Source: Clostridia bacterium (GTDB lineage Bacteria > Bacillota > Clostridia > Oscillospirales > CAG-272). From it: DNA of 64,000 nt. Below the pieces are notes generated by a model. That model ran no database searches and was not told the origin of the DNA. It saw only the letters and a list, made by a program, of their open reading frames with translations. This document shows, piece by piece, positions 43,446 to 53,366 of this stretch. Position numbers and translations under genes: made by a program. The stretch's first letter is position 1; every line of letters begins with the position of its first letter. The stretch lies in assembly GCA_017462545.1 (NCBI GenBank), contig JAFTQX010000001.1, forward strand, positions 2,380 through 66,379, written 5' to 3'.

Positions 43446-44360
43446 TTATACGATACGATAGGTGTCGCCATCCTCCACAACGGTGAAAATGCGCGCGCGC
43501 TCCTCGGGCGGGCGCTCGGGGCAATGAATGCACATCTTGCGCGTGCCGTCAAAATCGTTAAAGAACATGGCGTGGCCGCCGTTACGGTCAAAGATGGGCT
43601 TTTCCAGATGCTGCCAAGGGCCGTGAATGCTGCCGCTTTTTGATACAGCGGCACATACCGTATAGTTTCCTGCCGGTATGGGTGACCATGTCAACAGCAG
43701 ACTGCCGCTTGAAAGACGCGAGAGAAAGGGGGCATCCGAGCCGTAACGGTGCGTATTCTCCGTTCCGATTGTGAGATCTGTCCATACACGGCCTGCCGAG
43801 GAAGAGGCAAACAGGATAAACGGCTCACCAACCGGCTCGGCCAGATCGGGCGAAAGCTGCTGGGCCCAGATCTCACCGTCATACGCGTCAAGCTCCTTAA
43901 CAAAATGGCTGGGCCAATCGCGGGAATAGACGATGTAGGGCGTATCGTTTTCGATATAGAGTGTACCGTCGATACAGCTTTGTGTCAGCGGTGTAGCCGC
44001 GCGATCGGCAATCGGCAGGAAGGTGCCGTCCGGGGTGTCGCAAACGGCGATCTGTGTGCCGCGGCGGCAAAACAGGCCGCGTGCTGTGGTGCTCTTGTCA
44101 GGCACAGAGACAAAGAGATAGAATTTCCCACGGTAGAAATGCACCTCCGAGGCCCACAGCTCACAATCTGCCCAGAAATCATCGGGAATGGTGAAGATCG
44201 CCTTCGGCTCTTCCCACTCGCGGCAGTCGCGGCTGACATAGACGTAGACAGAGCGATCGTTCATCTTGTCATTGATGACGGTCGAGCTATATAAATAATA
44301 TTTTCCCTCATGTGCAACGATATAGGGGTCACGTACACGGATATCCTCTGTTTTCAGCAT
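43446..44360 (-). CDS. Glycoside hydrolase family 43 protein
   Basis: 304 aa. N-terminal VRDPYIV catalytic-Asp block and five-bladed-propeller-like repeats. No signal peptide. Confidence 0.75.
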   Translation of the reverse strand: MLKTEDIRVRDPYIVAHEGKYYLYSSTVINDKMNDRSVYVYVSRDCREWEEPKAIFTIPDDFWADCELWASEVHFYRGKFYLFVSVPDKSTTARGLFCRRGTQIAVCDTPDGTFLPIADRAATPLTQSCIDGTLYIENDTPYIVYSRDWPSHFVKELDAYDGEIWAQQLSPDLAEPVGEPFILFASSSAGRVWTDLTIGTENTHRYGSDAPFLSRLSSGSLLLTWSPIPAGNYTVCAAVSKSGSIHGPWQHLEKPIFDRNGGHAMFFNDFDGTRKMCIHCPERPPEERARIFTVVEDGDTYRIV

Positions 44361-44447
44361 AAAGCTCTCCTTTGTTTTTTCTATTATATCGCAAAGCGTA
44401 CGGGATGTAAATGGAGGAACTGCGCAAGGAAATGAGGATATTGTGCA

Positions 44448-45161
44448 TTAAATATCCAAGCTATTGTGGTAACGCAGAGGCAACTCGTCTCCGTAGATGT
44501 GCGAAAGATCAGAAAGACACAAACATTGCGGATAGGCGATCTCATTGCCCGAGAAACGAATGATGGAAACCCCCGTGTGGCTGATATCAAAGCTGGTGGT
44601 GAAGATGTGGTAGGGGATATACAAGAGATGAGAGAGCCAATGCAGACCAAAGCACTGGTGGCAGAAGGCGGCAATGCGGCGGTCATTTCCCGCCGTGACA
44701 CGGTAGCCGTTGCCTCCGACCTCGCCTATGCGGGTGTATCCCAGGCGGGAGAGAAACTCATCCGAGGCGGCAGCAAGCTCACGCGCACCCTCGGCGGCCA
44801 GCGCCTCGTCATGGTAAAAGCCGTGGTGAAAGCTGTCACGGTCGGCATAATGCTCGTCCGCGCCAAGAATTTTGGCGCGTTGGTTGAAGGCCCATGTGTT
44901 GCGCCCGTCTGCCGTTTTGCAGCAAAAATGCTGCCAGGCGACGCTTTCGCTCATCCAAGGCTCAATGTGCATCGGGAGACCAAGTGCCTCGCAGGTCGGC
45001 TGCGCAGTCTGCTTGGCACGGCCAAGGGGTGAGGCATAGATCTCGTCAATTCCGTGCACGGCCAAGCGACGGGCAACGGCCTTGGCTTGCAATTCACCGT
45101 CCGGGGTGAGGGTGTCGGTTGCGTAATCGGGAATGCCGTGGCGTACAATGTAAAGAAGCAT
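44448..45161 (-). CDS. Histidine phosphatase family protein (phosphoglycerate mutase-like)
   Basis: 237 aa with an N-terminal LYIVRHG motif and a later H in the FCHQ block. Confidence 0.75.
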   Translation of the reverse strand: MLLYIVRHGIPDYATDTLTPDGELQAKAVARRLAVHGIDEIYASPLGRAKQTAQPTCEALGLPMHIEPWMSESVAWQHFCCKTADGRNTWAFNQRAKILGADEHYADRDSFHHGFYHDEALAAEGARELAAASDEFLSRLGYTRIGEVGGNGYRVTAGNDRRIAAFCHQCFGLHWLSHLLYIPYHIFTTSFDISHTGVSIIRFSGNEIAYPQCLCLSDLSHIYGDELPLRYHNSLDI

Positions 45162-45173
45162 GGCGGGTTCTCC

Positions 45174-45929
45174 TTATACGAATTTTTCAATAATGGTATT
45201 CTGCTTGCCCTTGCGGGAAAGACCTTCAAAGCCTACATAGCGTAGGCGGCCAAAGCCGCGTGCGGTCAGGATATCACCCTCTCGCAAAAGGGTGCTTCCG
45301 TCAAGACAGGCGCGGCCGTTGATGAAGACCCGCCGCGCGGGAAACAGGTCGCCGCTTTCACCGCGTGAGAGATTGTAGGCACGCGAGAGGATCGCGTCAG
45401 CCCGCGGCGAGGAGACCTGTATCCGTTCCCGTTCCACGCGTGCAATGACAGATTTTGGCGGGTCACAGCGAGAAACGCGTACCCCCGTGTGTCGCACACG
45501 GGTGAGATGTTCACATAAATAGTCGGCAAGCTGCTCCTCACAAAAAAGGAAAAAGCCGCCGTCCTCCGGGCAGATATCGCCAAGGCATTCCCGCTTGATG
45601 CCAAGATTCATCAATGCGCCTAAGCAATCGCGATGAGAAAGCTCCTCGGCGAATTTCGGCGCGGCAGGCTTGATGGCCAAGCAGGCAATGGGGAATGGCT
45701 CTTGGGCGTAGCCAAGGCTTTCTTCATCGCCAAAGCGCACCATCACACGTTCGCACCCCTCCGCGCCGCCAAAGACGGTGTAGGGAACATAAGAAAAATC
45801 AGAGGCGGCACGGTAGAATAAGTCTTCCTCTGAAAGACCCAGAAAATCGGTAAAGGTATAGCGCCCTCTTGCATAGCAGGTCTCTGCCAGCTCGCAAAAG
45901 CGGTGCATCATCAGCTCTTCCTCTGTCAT
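45174..45929 (-). CDS. ylmH: YlmH-like RNA-binding (S4 domain) protein
   Basis: 251 aa. The N-terminal region resembles YlmH and the C-terminus is S4-like (RADAILSRAYNLSRGESGDLFPARRVFINGR). Confidence 0.6.
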   Translation of the reverse strand: MTEEELMMHRFCELAETCYARGRYTFTDFLGLSEEDLFYRAASDFSYVPYTVFGGAEGCERVMVRFGDEESLGYAQEPFPIACLAIKPAAPKFAEELSHRDCLGALMNLGIKRECLGDICPEDGGFFLFCEEQLADYLCEHLTRVRHTGVRVSRCDPPKSVIARVERERIQVSSPRADAILSRAYNLSRGESGDLFPARRVFINGRACLDGSTLLREGDILTARGFGRLRYVGFEGLSRKGKQNTIIEKFV

Positions 45930-46078
45930 ACGCGCCCCCTCTTGTCAGTTATCTTCATTATAATGCTTTTTGACATGTCTGTCAAGGAAAAAGAGAGGAC
46001 TTCTTTTTGAAAAAATTCATGCTTTGTGCATTGTAATTTCGGAAAGGCTGTGCTATACTTTTGTTGAGGTGATGAGAA

Positions 46079-46582
46079 ATGAAAAACGAAATTACCGAGG
46101 TTGACGTAAAAAAGATCAACGAGGAGCTTGCCCACCGCAAATATGTGCTGCGGCCGCAGCTGCATGAGGAGGTCAAGCGTACGCGTGAATACGGCGACCT
46201 GAGCGAAAATGATGAATACCGCACTGCCAAGCGTGAGCGAAACCGCAACGAGAGCCGCATTCGCTATCTTGACCGTCTGCTGCTGACCGCTACCGTGGTC
46301 AAGGCGGGCAATGCGCGCGGCGGCATTGGCCTGTTTGATATCGTAACCTTCCGCAATGAGCGCACAGGCAGCGAGCGCAAGATTCAGCTGGTAACCAGCC
46401 TGCGCCAGGACGCCCTGAAGGGCTTTATCAGTAAGGAGTCGCCTGTTGGGCGTGCCCTTTTCGGTCACCGCGTGGGTGACTGCGTGCATGTAGAGATTGC
46501 CCCGGGTAACGAATACGATATTACCATTCTTGCCGTTGAGGCGGGAGAGGATAATGAAGATCTGCCGATCAGCAGCTATTGA
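46079..46582 (+). CDS. greA: Transcription elongation factor GreA
   Basis: 167 aa with the YGDLSENDEYRTAKRE acidic-tip motif. SD GAGGTGA. Confidence 0.9.
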   Translation: MKNEITEVDVKKINEELAHRKYVLRPQLHEEVKRTREYGDLSENDEYRTAKRERNRNESRIRYLDRLLLTATVVKAGNARGGIGLFDIVTFRNERTGSERKIQLVTSLRQDALKGFISKESPVGRALFGHRVGDCVHVEIAPGNEYDITILAVEAGEDNEDLPISSY

Positions 46583-46590
46583 GGTGACAT

Positions 46591-47373
46591 ATGCTTACAA
46601 CGATTCAAGAGCTCGCGCGCCGCGCGGGCGATATCATCCTGCGCGCCGAGCATGAGGATTTGCGCGTGAAAAACAAAAGTGGCTCTGCCGATTTTGTCAC
46701 TGCCTACGATGTGGAGGTGCAGACCTTTCTGATGGGTGAGCTTGCTGCTCGTTATCCTGCTGCGCAGTTTCTTTGCGAGGAAAAGGAAAACGATGCCATG
46801 ACCGCCGCCCCCACCTTCGTCATTGATCCCATTGACGGCACCACCAACTTTATCCGCGGTCTGCGGCACAGCTGTGTGTCTATCGGTTATTACGAGGGGG
46901 GCGAGGTGCAGCTTGGTGTGGTCTATGACCCCTATTCGGATGAAATGTTTTATGCCACCCGTGGCGGTGGTGCCTACCTGACATGTGGCGGTAAAACACG
47001 CCGCGTGCAGCGAGAGGACAAGCCGCTTGCCGAAACGCTTGTTGTCATCGGCACCTCGCCGTATTATAAGGAGAGAACAGGCAAGGAAACGGTTCGTATT
47101 TTCGAGGAGCTGCTTTACCGCACGCTGGATATCCGCCGCAGCGGCTCTGCCGCGTTGGATCTGGCCTATGTGGCAGACGGGCGATACGACCTGTTCTTTG
47201 AGGCCGTGCTCTCCCCCTGGGATTTTGGTGCCGGTCGCCTGCTGGTTACCGAGGCCGGCGGCGTGATTACCTGCCCGGATGGCAGCAAGATGCCCATGGC
47301 ACCCGTGCCGATCTTGGCAGGGGCACCTACCGCACATCAAGAATTTCAACAATTGATCGGTTATCACGGTTGA
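46591..47373 (+). CDS. Inositol monophosphatase family protein
   Basis: 260 aa with FVIDPIDGTTNF and WDFGAG motifs. Confidence 0.85.
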   Translation: MLTTIQELARRAGDIILRAEHEDLRVKNKSGSADFVTAYDVEVQTFLMGELAARYPAAQFLCEEKENDAMTAAPTFVIDPIDGTTNFIRGLRHSCVSIGYYEGGEVQLGVVYDPYSDEMFYATRGGGAYLTCGGKTRRVQREDKPLAETLVVIGTSPYYKERTGKETVRIFEELLYRTLDIRRSGSAALDLAYVADGRYDLFFEAVLSPWDFGAGRLLVTEAGGVITCPDGSKMPMAPVPILAGAPTAHQEFQQLIGYHG

Positions 47374-47415
47374 GCCTCCCCCCGGCGGCTTGACCGCCGA
47401 GAAAGGAGCAACAAA

Positions 47416-49257
47416 ATGGATCTTTTACAGCAAAAACGCGGGCTTGACCTGCTTTACGATTTGTTTATTCGTGGCAAGGGGGATGTGCTGCGCATTCCTT
47501 ATACGCCGTCCAAAATCGCCATGCCCGAGCCGGCCCCCGATTATTTTCCCCGCGCCACGCCCGAATCCTGCGGGATCGAGAGTGACCGACTGCGCCGTAT
47601 GCTGGCTGCTTTAGAGGCACATCCGCACGTGAATATGCACGCCATCACGGTGCTGTGCGATGGGGCTGTGATATGCGAGGCATCTGCCCCCGCCTATGAC
47701 CGCTCTCTGCCGCATATCACCTATTCAATGTGCAAATCGGTCGTTTCGCTGGCAATCGGCCTTTTGTGGGATGAGGGGCGTATTGATCTTGATAAGCCGG
47801 CCTATCGCTATTTTCCGCAGACAGATCTGCCACGCCTGTCGGGCAAGATGAAAAATGTGACCGTGCGTCACCTGCTGACCATGTCCAGCGGTGTCTCCTT
47901 CGCCGAGACCGGTCTAGCAACCGACACCGATTGGGTGCGCGCCTTCTTTTCCTCTGACCTGAGGTTTGAGCCGGGCAGCGATTTTGCCTACAACAGCATG
48001 AATACCTATATTCTCTCTGCCCTGGTGCGTGCCATCACGGGGGAGGGGCTTTCCGATTATCTGCGCCCGCGCCTGTTTGAGCCGCTGCATATCCGCCACG
48101 TCTTTTGGGAGACCTGCCCGCGTGGGATCGAAAAGGGCGGCTGGGGGCTTTATATTGCGCAGGAGGATATGGCCAAGATCGGCTGGATGTGCCTGTCTCT
48201 TGGTATGTTTGAAGGAAAGCGCATCCTCTCTGAAGAATGGCTTCGCGAGGCAACAGAGACCAAGCGTATCGTACCGAATGAGGCGGGGGATTATAATTAT
48301 GCCTATCAGATCTGGCCCGCACGAGATGAAGGTAGCTATCTCTTTAACGGTATGCTGGGGCAGAACACCTGGATCTGCCCGCAAAACCGCATTGTGGTGG
48401 TGGTTAACGCGGGAAACGTGGAGTTTTTCCAGCAGAGTGCGATGCTGACCATCATTGCCGAGGCTCTTGGCGGGGCAAACGTCCGCGCCGGTACGCCACG
48501 CAAGCCAAGCAAAAAGGCATTGCGCGCCCTTCGTATGGCCGAGGAGAGCTTTTGCCGCCATCGCGCATGGGTCAAGCCGTTGCCGCAGCCGGGGCTGTTT
48601 GCACGCCTGTTGCGCCGTTTGCGTAAGGAGACACCCCTGCCGCTGCCGCCTGCATGTGATGCGCTGGTCGGCAAACGCTACACCTGGCAGAAGAATAACA
48701 GTGGCATTCTCCCGCTGCTTGTCCGCCTGCAGCAGAATAACCATACAAAAGGTCTGCAAGCACTCTCCTGTGAGAGGCAGGGGGAACGCTTTATCGCCTG
48801 CTTTGATGAGGGAGAGGACGCGATTTATCGTGTGGAATTTGGTTTTTACGACTATCGCCGCGCCTGCCTTGCGATCGGGGGCGAGCACTATCGTGTTGCC
48901 TGTGCTGCCGCCTTTACCGTAGACGAGGAGGGGCGCCGCCTGCTGATGCTGCACATGGTGTTTCCCGAGCTGGCGCATGACCGCCGTATCAAGCTCTACT
49001 ATGAGGGAGATCCTGTCTGCCTGCGCTTGCGGGAAAATCCGGGCAAGGAGACGCTTACCAGCCTCCTGCGCGGCATGGCGGTCAGTACGCCCCGCTCACG
49101 CGGGATTCTCGGCTTTCTTAGCAGTCGGTTGAATATGGATTACCTGATGATGAAGGCCTATGATAAATTTGAGCCGCTGCTGCTTGCTGCCGGGGCAGAG
49201 GAGAATCTGCCGCCGGAAGAGGATCTTTCCGTACCGGAAGAAGAACTGGAACCGTAA
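47416..49257 (+). CDS. Serine hydrolase, beta-lactamase fold, with a long C-terminal extension
   Basis: 613 aa with SxxK motif YSMCKSVVSLAIGLL. SD AAAGGAG. Confidence 0.75.
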   Translation: MDLLQQKRGLDLLYDLFIRGKGDVLRIPYTPSKIAMPEPAPDYFPRATPESCGIESDRLRRMLAALEAHPHVNMHAITVLCDGAVICEASAPAYDRSLPHITYSMCKSVVSLAIGLLWDEGRIDLDKPAYRYFPQTDLPRLSGKMKNVTVRHLLTMSSGVSFAETGLATDTDWVRAFFSSDLRFEPGSDFAYNSMNTYILSALVRAITGEGLSDYLRPRLFEPLHIRHVFWETCPRGIEKGGWGLYIAQEDMAKIGWMCLSLGMFEGKRILSEEWLREATETKRIVPNEAGDYNYAYQIWPARDEGSYLFNGMLGQNTWICPQNRIVVVVNAGNVEFFQQSAMLTIIAEALGGANVRAGTPRKPSKKALRALRMAEESFCRHRAWVKPLPQPGLFARLLRRLRKETPLPLPPACDALVGKRYTWQKNNSGILPLLVRLQQNNHTKGLQALSCERQGERFIACFDEGEDAIYRVEFGFYDYRRACLAIGGEHYRVACAAAFTVDEEGRRLLMLHMVFPELAHDRRIKLYYEGDPVCLRLRENPGKETLTSLLRGMAVSTPRSRGILGFLSSRLNMDYLMMKAYDKFEPLLLAAGAEENLPPEEDLSVPEEELEP

Positions 49258-49262
49258 TGATG

Positions 49263-49298
49263 AAAAACAAGCCTGTGCTATCGCACAGGCTTGTTTTT
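49263..49298. terminator. Bidirectional terminator
   Basis: AAAAACAAGCCTGTGC-TATC-GCACAGGCTTGTTTTT. Confidence 0.75.
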
Positions 49299-49757
49299 AT
49301 CGGCCAAACGGCAAAGCACGCCGTCCTTTATGTATAAATCGCCCTTGCCGCGCGGTATACGAAAGCCACGCAAGCGAAGGGAGAACGGCGTGCACAGGGC
49401 ACCCGTGTGTTGTAAAAACACCTCGGCTGCTTGCCGCTCTGCTAGGATCTTTCCGCCACGCAGCAGCCTGATGTGGCGCACAGCCGAAAAGAAATCGGCA
49501 CTCTCCTCGGTCACCGTGACCGAAACGGACAGACGATAGAAGGAAAAGGAAAACCGCTTGCGCGGGCTTGAAAGGGTAGTGTATTCCTCGCGTGCTATCC
49601 CTTCCAGTTGGTCGAGAAATGCCTTCGTTTCTTCCTCCAAGCGGTGGTAAAAGGCGGCTATACGTTGTTCCCCTTTCGTTTTTTCGGGCAAGACCGGAAA
49701 ATCGGTTTCCCACAAAAGCATCACAACCCCCGCCTCTTTTTTTGCTCCGCGCTCCAT
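49278..49757 (-). CDS. Hypothetical protein
   Basis: 159-aa ORF with no recognisable motif. Its TAG stop sits in the terminator loop. The start could instead be 49721. Confidence 0.4.
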   Translation of the reverse strand: MERGAKKEAGVVMLLWETDFPVLPEKTKGEQRIAAFYHRLEEETKAFLDQLEGIAREEYTTLSSPRKRFSFSFYRLSVSVTVTEESADFFSAVRHIRLLRGGKILAERQAAEVFLQHTGALCTPFSLRLRGFRIPRGKGDLYIKDGVLCRLADKNKPVR

Positions 49758-49815
49758 ATCACCACCCCCTTAAACCATTTTATGAGCGGGGGAAAAGGGA
49801 AATGCAGGGCAAATC

Positions 49816-49846
49816 AAAAAAGCCCGACTGCTTGTCGGGCTTTTTT
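49816..49846. terminator. Bidirectional terminator
   Basis: AAAAAAGCCCGAC-TGCTT-GTCGGGCTTTTTT. Confidence 0.7.
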
Positions 49847-49907
49847 GGTGGCTGTCGGGCATTGTGCTGCCCGAAACAGCCTGTTCAATGCTTTTGTTCC
49901 AAGCCTG

Positions 49908-50999
49908 TCAGCCTTTCACCGTCTCTTTTTCACGATACAGGTGCTTGTAGATGATGAGTGCCAGCGTTAGCGCACAGGCCCCCGCAATCAGCTTGCCAAC
50001 GATCATAGGGGCCAGGTAGGTCGGGTCAAAGGCCAGCGTAAAGGCAAGGTGCCCTGCAAAGGTAAAGGCGGCCGAGGTGGCAAAGGCAGAATTGAGCAGC
50101 GTCCCTTTTTTATCCATCTTTTCCATCAGACCAAAGGTGGTCGCGCTGGTAGCAAGTGAGGAAACGAAGCCAACAGCGGCGTGCTCGTTAATGCCCATCA
50201 GGTTGCCCAGCTTTTTCAAGGGACGCGCAAAAACGCGAGAAATGATATACATCAGCGGGAATGCGCCGCTCATGACAATAGAGGCATTGACGCAGACATC
50301 AGCACCCTCTTCAATCGGGGCAAGCCCCTTGATCGGCTCAAGGCCTGTGAGAAATTTCAGAATGCCGAGCGCAAGACCTATCGTGATGAGAATGGTCATG
50401 CACTTGCCGAACACGGCAAAGATTTTGACGCAGGCGTTGGGGACAAGGATCAGCCCTACGGCAATGATGCCCGAAAACAGCACCAAGGGCAAAAGATCCA
50501 GCAACAATGCGCCGATCGGCAGCGCACACATAAAGCCGGCAATAAGAGATCCGATCGGAATGGTAACAACGCCGCAAAGCAGCCCCAGCAGCACCTCACG
50601 GTGCTGCTCCTGTTTTACCACTCCCAGCGCATAGGGGATGGTGAAGGAGACCGTGCAGCCCATCATGGAGGAGATGACCAGCGCGTTGTAAAGTCCCATC
50701 TTTGGATCGGTCGCCACTTCTACCGAGAGGGGAGCACCGCCCATGTCATTGGCAAACAGCGAGGCGGGAATGATCGAGGGATCGAAGTGCAGCACGCCTG
50801 AGACAAAGCCAAAGACCGGCTGCAGCAGATCGGCGATCAGCGGGGAGATGATAATCATACCGGTCATGGAAAGCATCATCGTGCCAAGCAGCATAAAGCC
50901 GCGGTCAAATTCCTTTCCAAGCCCCAGACGGCTACCAAACATGCGGTCAACGGCCGCGATCATCGAAAAGATGACCATGATGATAGAAACAACAGTCAT
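49908..50999 (-). CDS. eutH: EutH-family (ethanolamine utilisation) permease
   Basis: 363 aa, about 10 TM, with an N-terminus and overall pattern typical of EutH. No other eut genes are nearby. Confidence 0.65.
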   Translation of the reverse strand: MTVVSIIMVIFSMIAAVDRMFGSRLGLGKEFDRGFMLLGTMMLSMTGMIIISPLIADLLQPVFGFVSGVLHFDPSIIPASLFANDMGGAPLSVEVATDPKMGLYNALVISSMMGCTVSFTIPYALGVVKQEQHREVLLGLLCGVVTIPIGSLIAGFMCALPIGALLLDLLPLVLFSGIIAVGLILVPNACVKIFAVFGKCMTILITIGLALGILKFLTGLEPIKGLAPIEEGADVCVNASIVMSGAFPLMYIISRVFARPLKKLGNLMGINEHAAVGFVSSLATSATTFGLMEKMDKKGTLLNSAFATSAAFTFAGHLAFTLAFDPTYLAPMIVGKLIAGACALTLALIIYKHLYREKETVKG

Positions 51000-51002
51000 G
51001 TG

Positions 51003-51824
51003 TTACAGCTCCACGGCCCTAAAGCCGGTTTTTGTCAAAATATAACGCTCGCGGAAGCCGGCCTCGGCAAGCAGCTCGCGTGCTGTCTCAAAGCCGAAGT
51101 CTAAATAGCGGTTGTCGTGACAATCAGAGGAGATGATCGCCCCAAAGCCAAGTCGGCGCAGCTCCTTCATCAAAAACAGGGGCGGGTAGGGAACGCATCG
51201 CCCGTAGCGGGACATAGCCCCCGTATTGACCTCAAAGAAGGGGATTTTCCCGGCAAGCGCCTCGGCGGCCTCCAAGGCGGCGCGGCGGTAAACGGGGGCC
51301 TCCTCATCAAAGAACCGCACCTTCTCTGCATGCTTGGTAATGATGTCGAAGTGACCGATGATGTCAAATTTTCCGTACTGCGGCAGCTCGGCCAGCGTGC
51401 GGTAATAGGCAAGCGCGTAGGCCATGCCGTCACCGCCAAAATGGGTGTTGATGATGCTTTGCACGACCTCGGCAGAGCGATCAAAGCCGATGGGCTCACC
51501 GTCTATCTTCAGGTAATGCACCGAGCCGATGATGTAGTCGTAATCCGTCAGATCACAGATCGAGTACATGTCAAATTCAAGGCCGCAGAAGATGTCAATG
51601 CGCCCCTCATACGCCTTTTGCAAGCGGCGGATCTCGGCGCGATAATCTCGGTCGCCGGGGGCCTTCATCGGCACGGCAAAGCTGGGCGTGTAATACATAT
51701 AAGAGTGCGATGAAAAGCCGATCGAGTCAAAGCCGCGCTCAATGGCTACCTGAACTGTCTCCTCAGGGGTGTTGCGCCCGTCACAGAAGGTAGAGTGCAT
51801 GTGTAGATTTTGTAAATGCTCCAT
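51003..51824 (-). CDS. PHP-domain histidinol-phosphatase family protein
   Basis: 273 aa with HMHSTFCDG and later His/Asp PHP motifs. Confidence 0.8.
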   Translation of the reverse strand: MEHLQNLHMHSTFCDGRNTPEETVQVAIERGFDSIGFSSHSYMYYTPSFAVPMKAPGDRDYRAEIRRLQKAYEGRIDIFCGLEFDMYSICDLTDYDYIIGSVHYLKIDGEPIGFDRSAEVVQSIINTHFGGDGMAYALAYYRTLAELPQYGKFDIIGHFDIITKHAEKVRFFDEEAPVYRRAALEAAEALAGKIPFFEVNTGAMSRYGRCVPYPPLFLMKELRRLGFGAIISSDCHDNRYLDFGFETARELLAEAGFRERYILTKTGFRAVEL

Positions 51825-51878
51825 AGATTCCTCTCGTCAAGTAGGCAATGCCGTGCTTTGGGCACGGCATTGTTTCTT

Positions 51879-52742
51879 TTACAGCTTTTCAAACATATCA
51901 GCAAGACGATGGGCGGCGTCGGCCATGTTTTTGATGCCGTCAAAAACGGTATCCTTGTTAAAAGCGTTCAGGTAGGCGTCTGCCTCCAGCGTGAAGTAGC
52001 CTTGGTAGTTGATCTCCTTCAGGGCGCGTACGATGGCGTCAAAATCCATCTGCATGGAGAAGGGGATCTGGTGGCTGTCATGCCAGCGGTCATTGTCGTG
52101 AATGTGCAGGGCCTGCAAATGCTTGCCCAGCGTGAGAATGCTCTCTTTTGCGGTGGTGTCAAGCCCCTTCATTTCGGCGTGACCAAGGTCAAGGCAGGCA
52201 ACCAGATAGGGGTCATTGACCGCCTTAATGTGCGCGAGAAAATTGTCATGGTGCGAGCAGGCGGCAGGGGCGGCCTGGTCTAACTCCTTGTTCCAGTTCC
52301 ACATGTTCTCGGTTGCGATCTTCACGCCGTGCTCCTTGGCAAAGGGCAACAGCTCAAGATACATCTCGGCGTTTTCCTCGGGGGATTTATTGTTGTCGGG
52401 GTGAATGATGCAGATCTCGCCACCGGCGATGGCTGTGCACTCAATGGCACGCTTGAGGTAATCGCGGATTTCGGGAACCGATACCGGGAAGGGAGCGTGC
52501 GACTGGTTGCAGACGATGCCGTTGTCAAGACCAACCTGACGAAGGCGCTTGGCAAAGGCTGCATACTCGTTTGAACGGAGGGGGTGACCGTTATCCACAA
52601 GGCACTTGTTGGCCCAATCCCAGCGTGCCATATTGAACATCGAAAAATCCCATGCGTCAAAGCCTGCGCGGGCGATCAGCTCAATGGCCTTTTCCTCGCC
52701 TACATGCTTAGCGGCCGATGCAATTTCGGTTGAAATTTTCAT
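51879..52742 (-). CDS. Sugar phosphate isomerase/epimerase (xylose isomerase-like TIM barrel)
   Basis: 287 aa with the AP_endonuc_2-like pattern (..IHPDN.., ..LDLGHAEM.., ..HIHDND..). Confidence 0.7.
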   Translation of the reverse strand: MKISTEIASAAKHVGEEKAIELIARAGFDAWDFSMFNMARWDWANKCLVDNGHPLRSNEYAAFAKRLRQVGLDNGIVCNQSHAPFPVSVPEIRDYLKRAIECTAIAGGEICIIHPDNNKSPEENAEMYLELLPFAKEHGVKIATENMWNWNKELDQAAPAACSHHDNFLAHIKAVNDPYLVACLDLGHAEMKGLDTTAKESILTLGKHLQALHIHDNDRWHDSHQIPFSMQMDFDAIVRALKEINYQGYFTLEADAYLNAFNKDTVFDGIKNMADAAHRLADMFEKL

Positions 52743-52820
52743 AGCTTCATTCCTGCCTTTTTGTGAAATCGGATGGTATTTTGTTTTGCAAGGTCATTAT
52801 AGCACATTCACCCTGCCAAG

Positions 52821-53357
52821 TCAATCAAAACGGCGGTTTTTTTGTGCGTTGGTGCGAAAACGGATGATGCCGATGATCGAAGAGACGATGGCAACAATCT
52901 CGTTTGCCATGCCGCCGATCGAGAAGACAAAAATGTTGTACAAGAGGATCAAGGTGGATGTCAGCAGAATGCTCTTGCGCAGAAGCTGCGGGCTGCCAAG
53001 CGACATAAACAGGGTGTTGAGCGCCAGCGCAATGATGATCAGCAGCGAAACCGGCCCCTGCCAGGAGAAGGCACCCAATACCGTCATCGCCGCTGCCAGC
53101 AGCAAGGCGGATATGCGGTTTGCCGTTGTGCGCGGCTTTTGAAAATAATAGATGACATTGCGCAGGATACAAACGATATTCAGCGCAAAGCCGGAGCTTG
53201 CCTGTAAAAACAGGTAAGATAGACAATTGGATAAGGTGGCCGCCGTTTGTACGACAAGCAGGCGGCGGTTGCTGTTGGTCTGGTAAGAGAGCAGGGTGAT
53301 AACGGTCGCCAATACGCCAAGTGCTTGACCGATGATGAGCTTTGCTTCTTCTGTCAT
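52821..53357 (-). CDS. YgjV-like inner membrane protein (paralog of 5869-6420)
   Basis: 178 aa, about 5 TM. Sits 9 nt downstream of the SASA esterase gene in the same operon. Confidence 0.55.
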   Translation of the reverse strand: MTEEAKLIIGQALGVLATVITLLSYQTNSNRRLLVVQTAATLSNCLSYLFLQASSGFALNIVCILRNVIYYFQKPRTTANRISALLLAAAMTVLGAFSWQGPVSLLIIIALALNTLFMSLGSPQLLRKSILLTSTLILLYNIFVFSIGGMANEIVAIVSSIIGIIRFRTNAQKNRRFD

Positions 53358-53366
53358 AGGGATCTG

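Noticed and set aside
51846-51872. Hairpin CAATGCCGTGC...GCACGGCATTG between the isomerase gene and the PHP phosphatase gene, considered as a terminator.
   Set aside because: There is no U-tract on the coding (minus) strand. It is more likely an intercistronic stabiliser or simply a chance hairpin.
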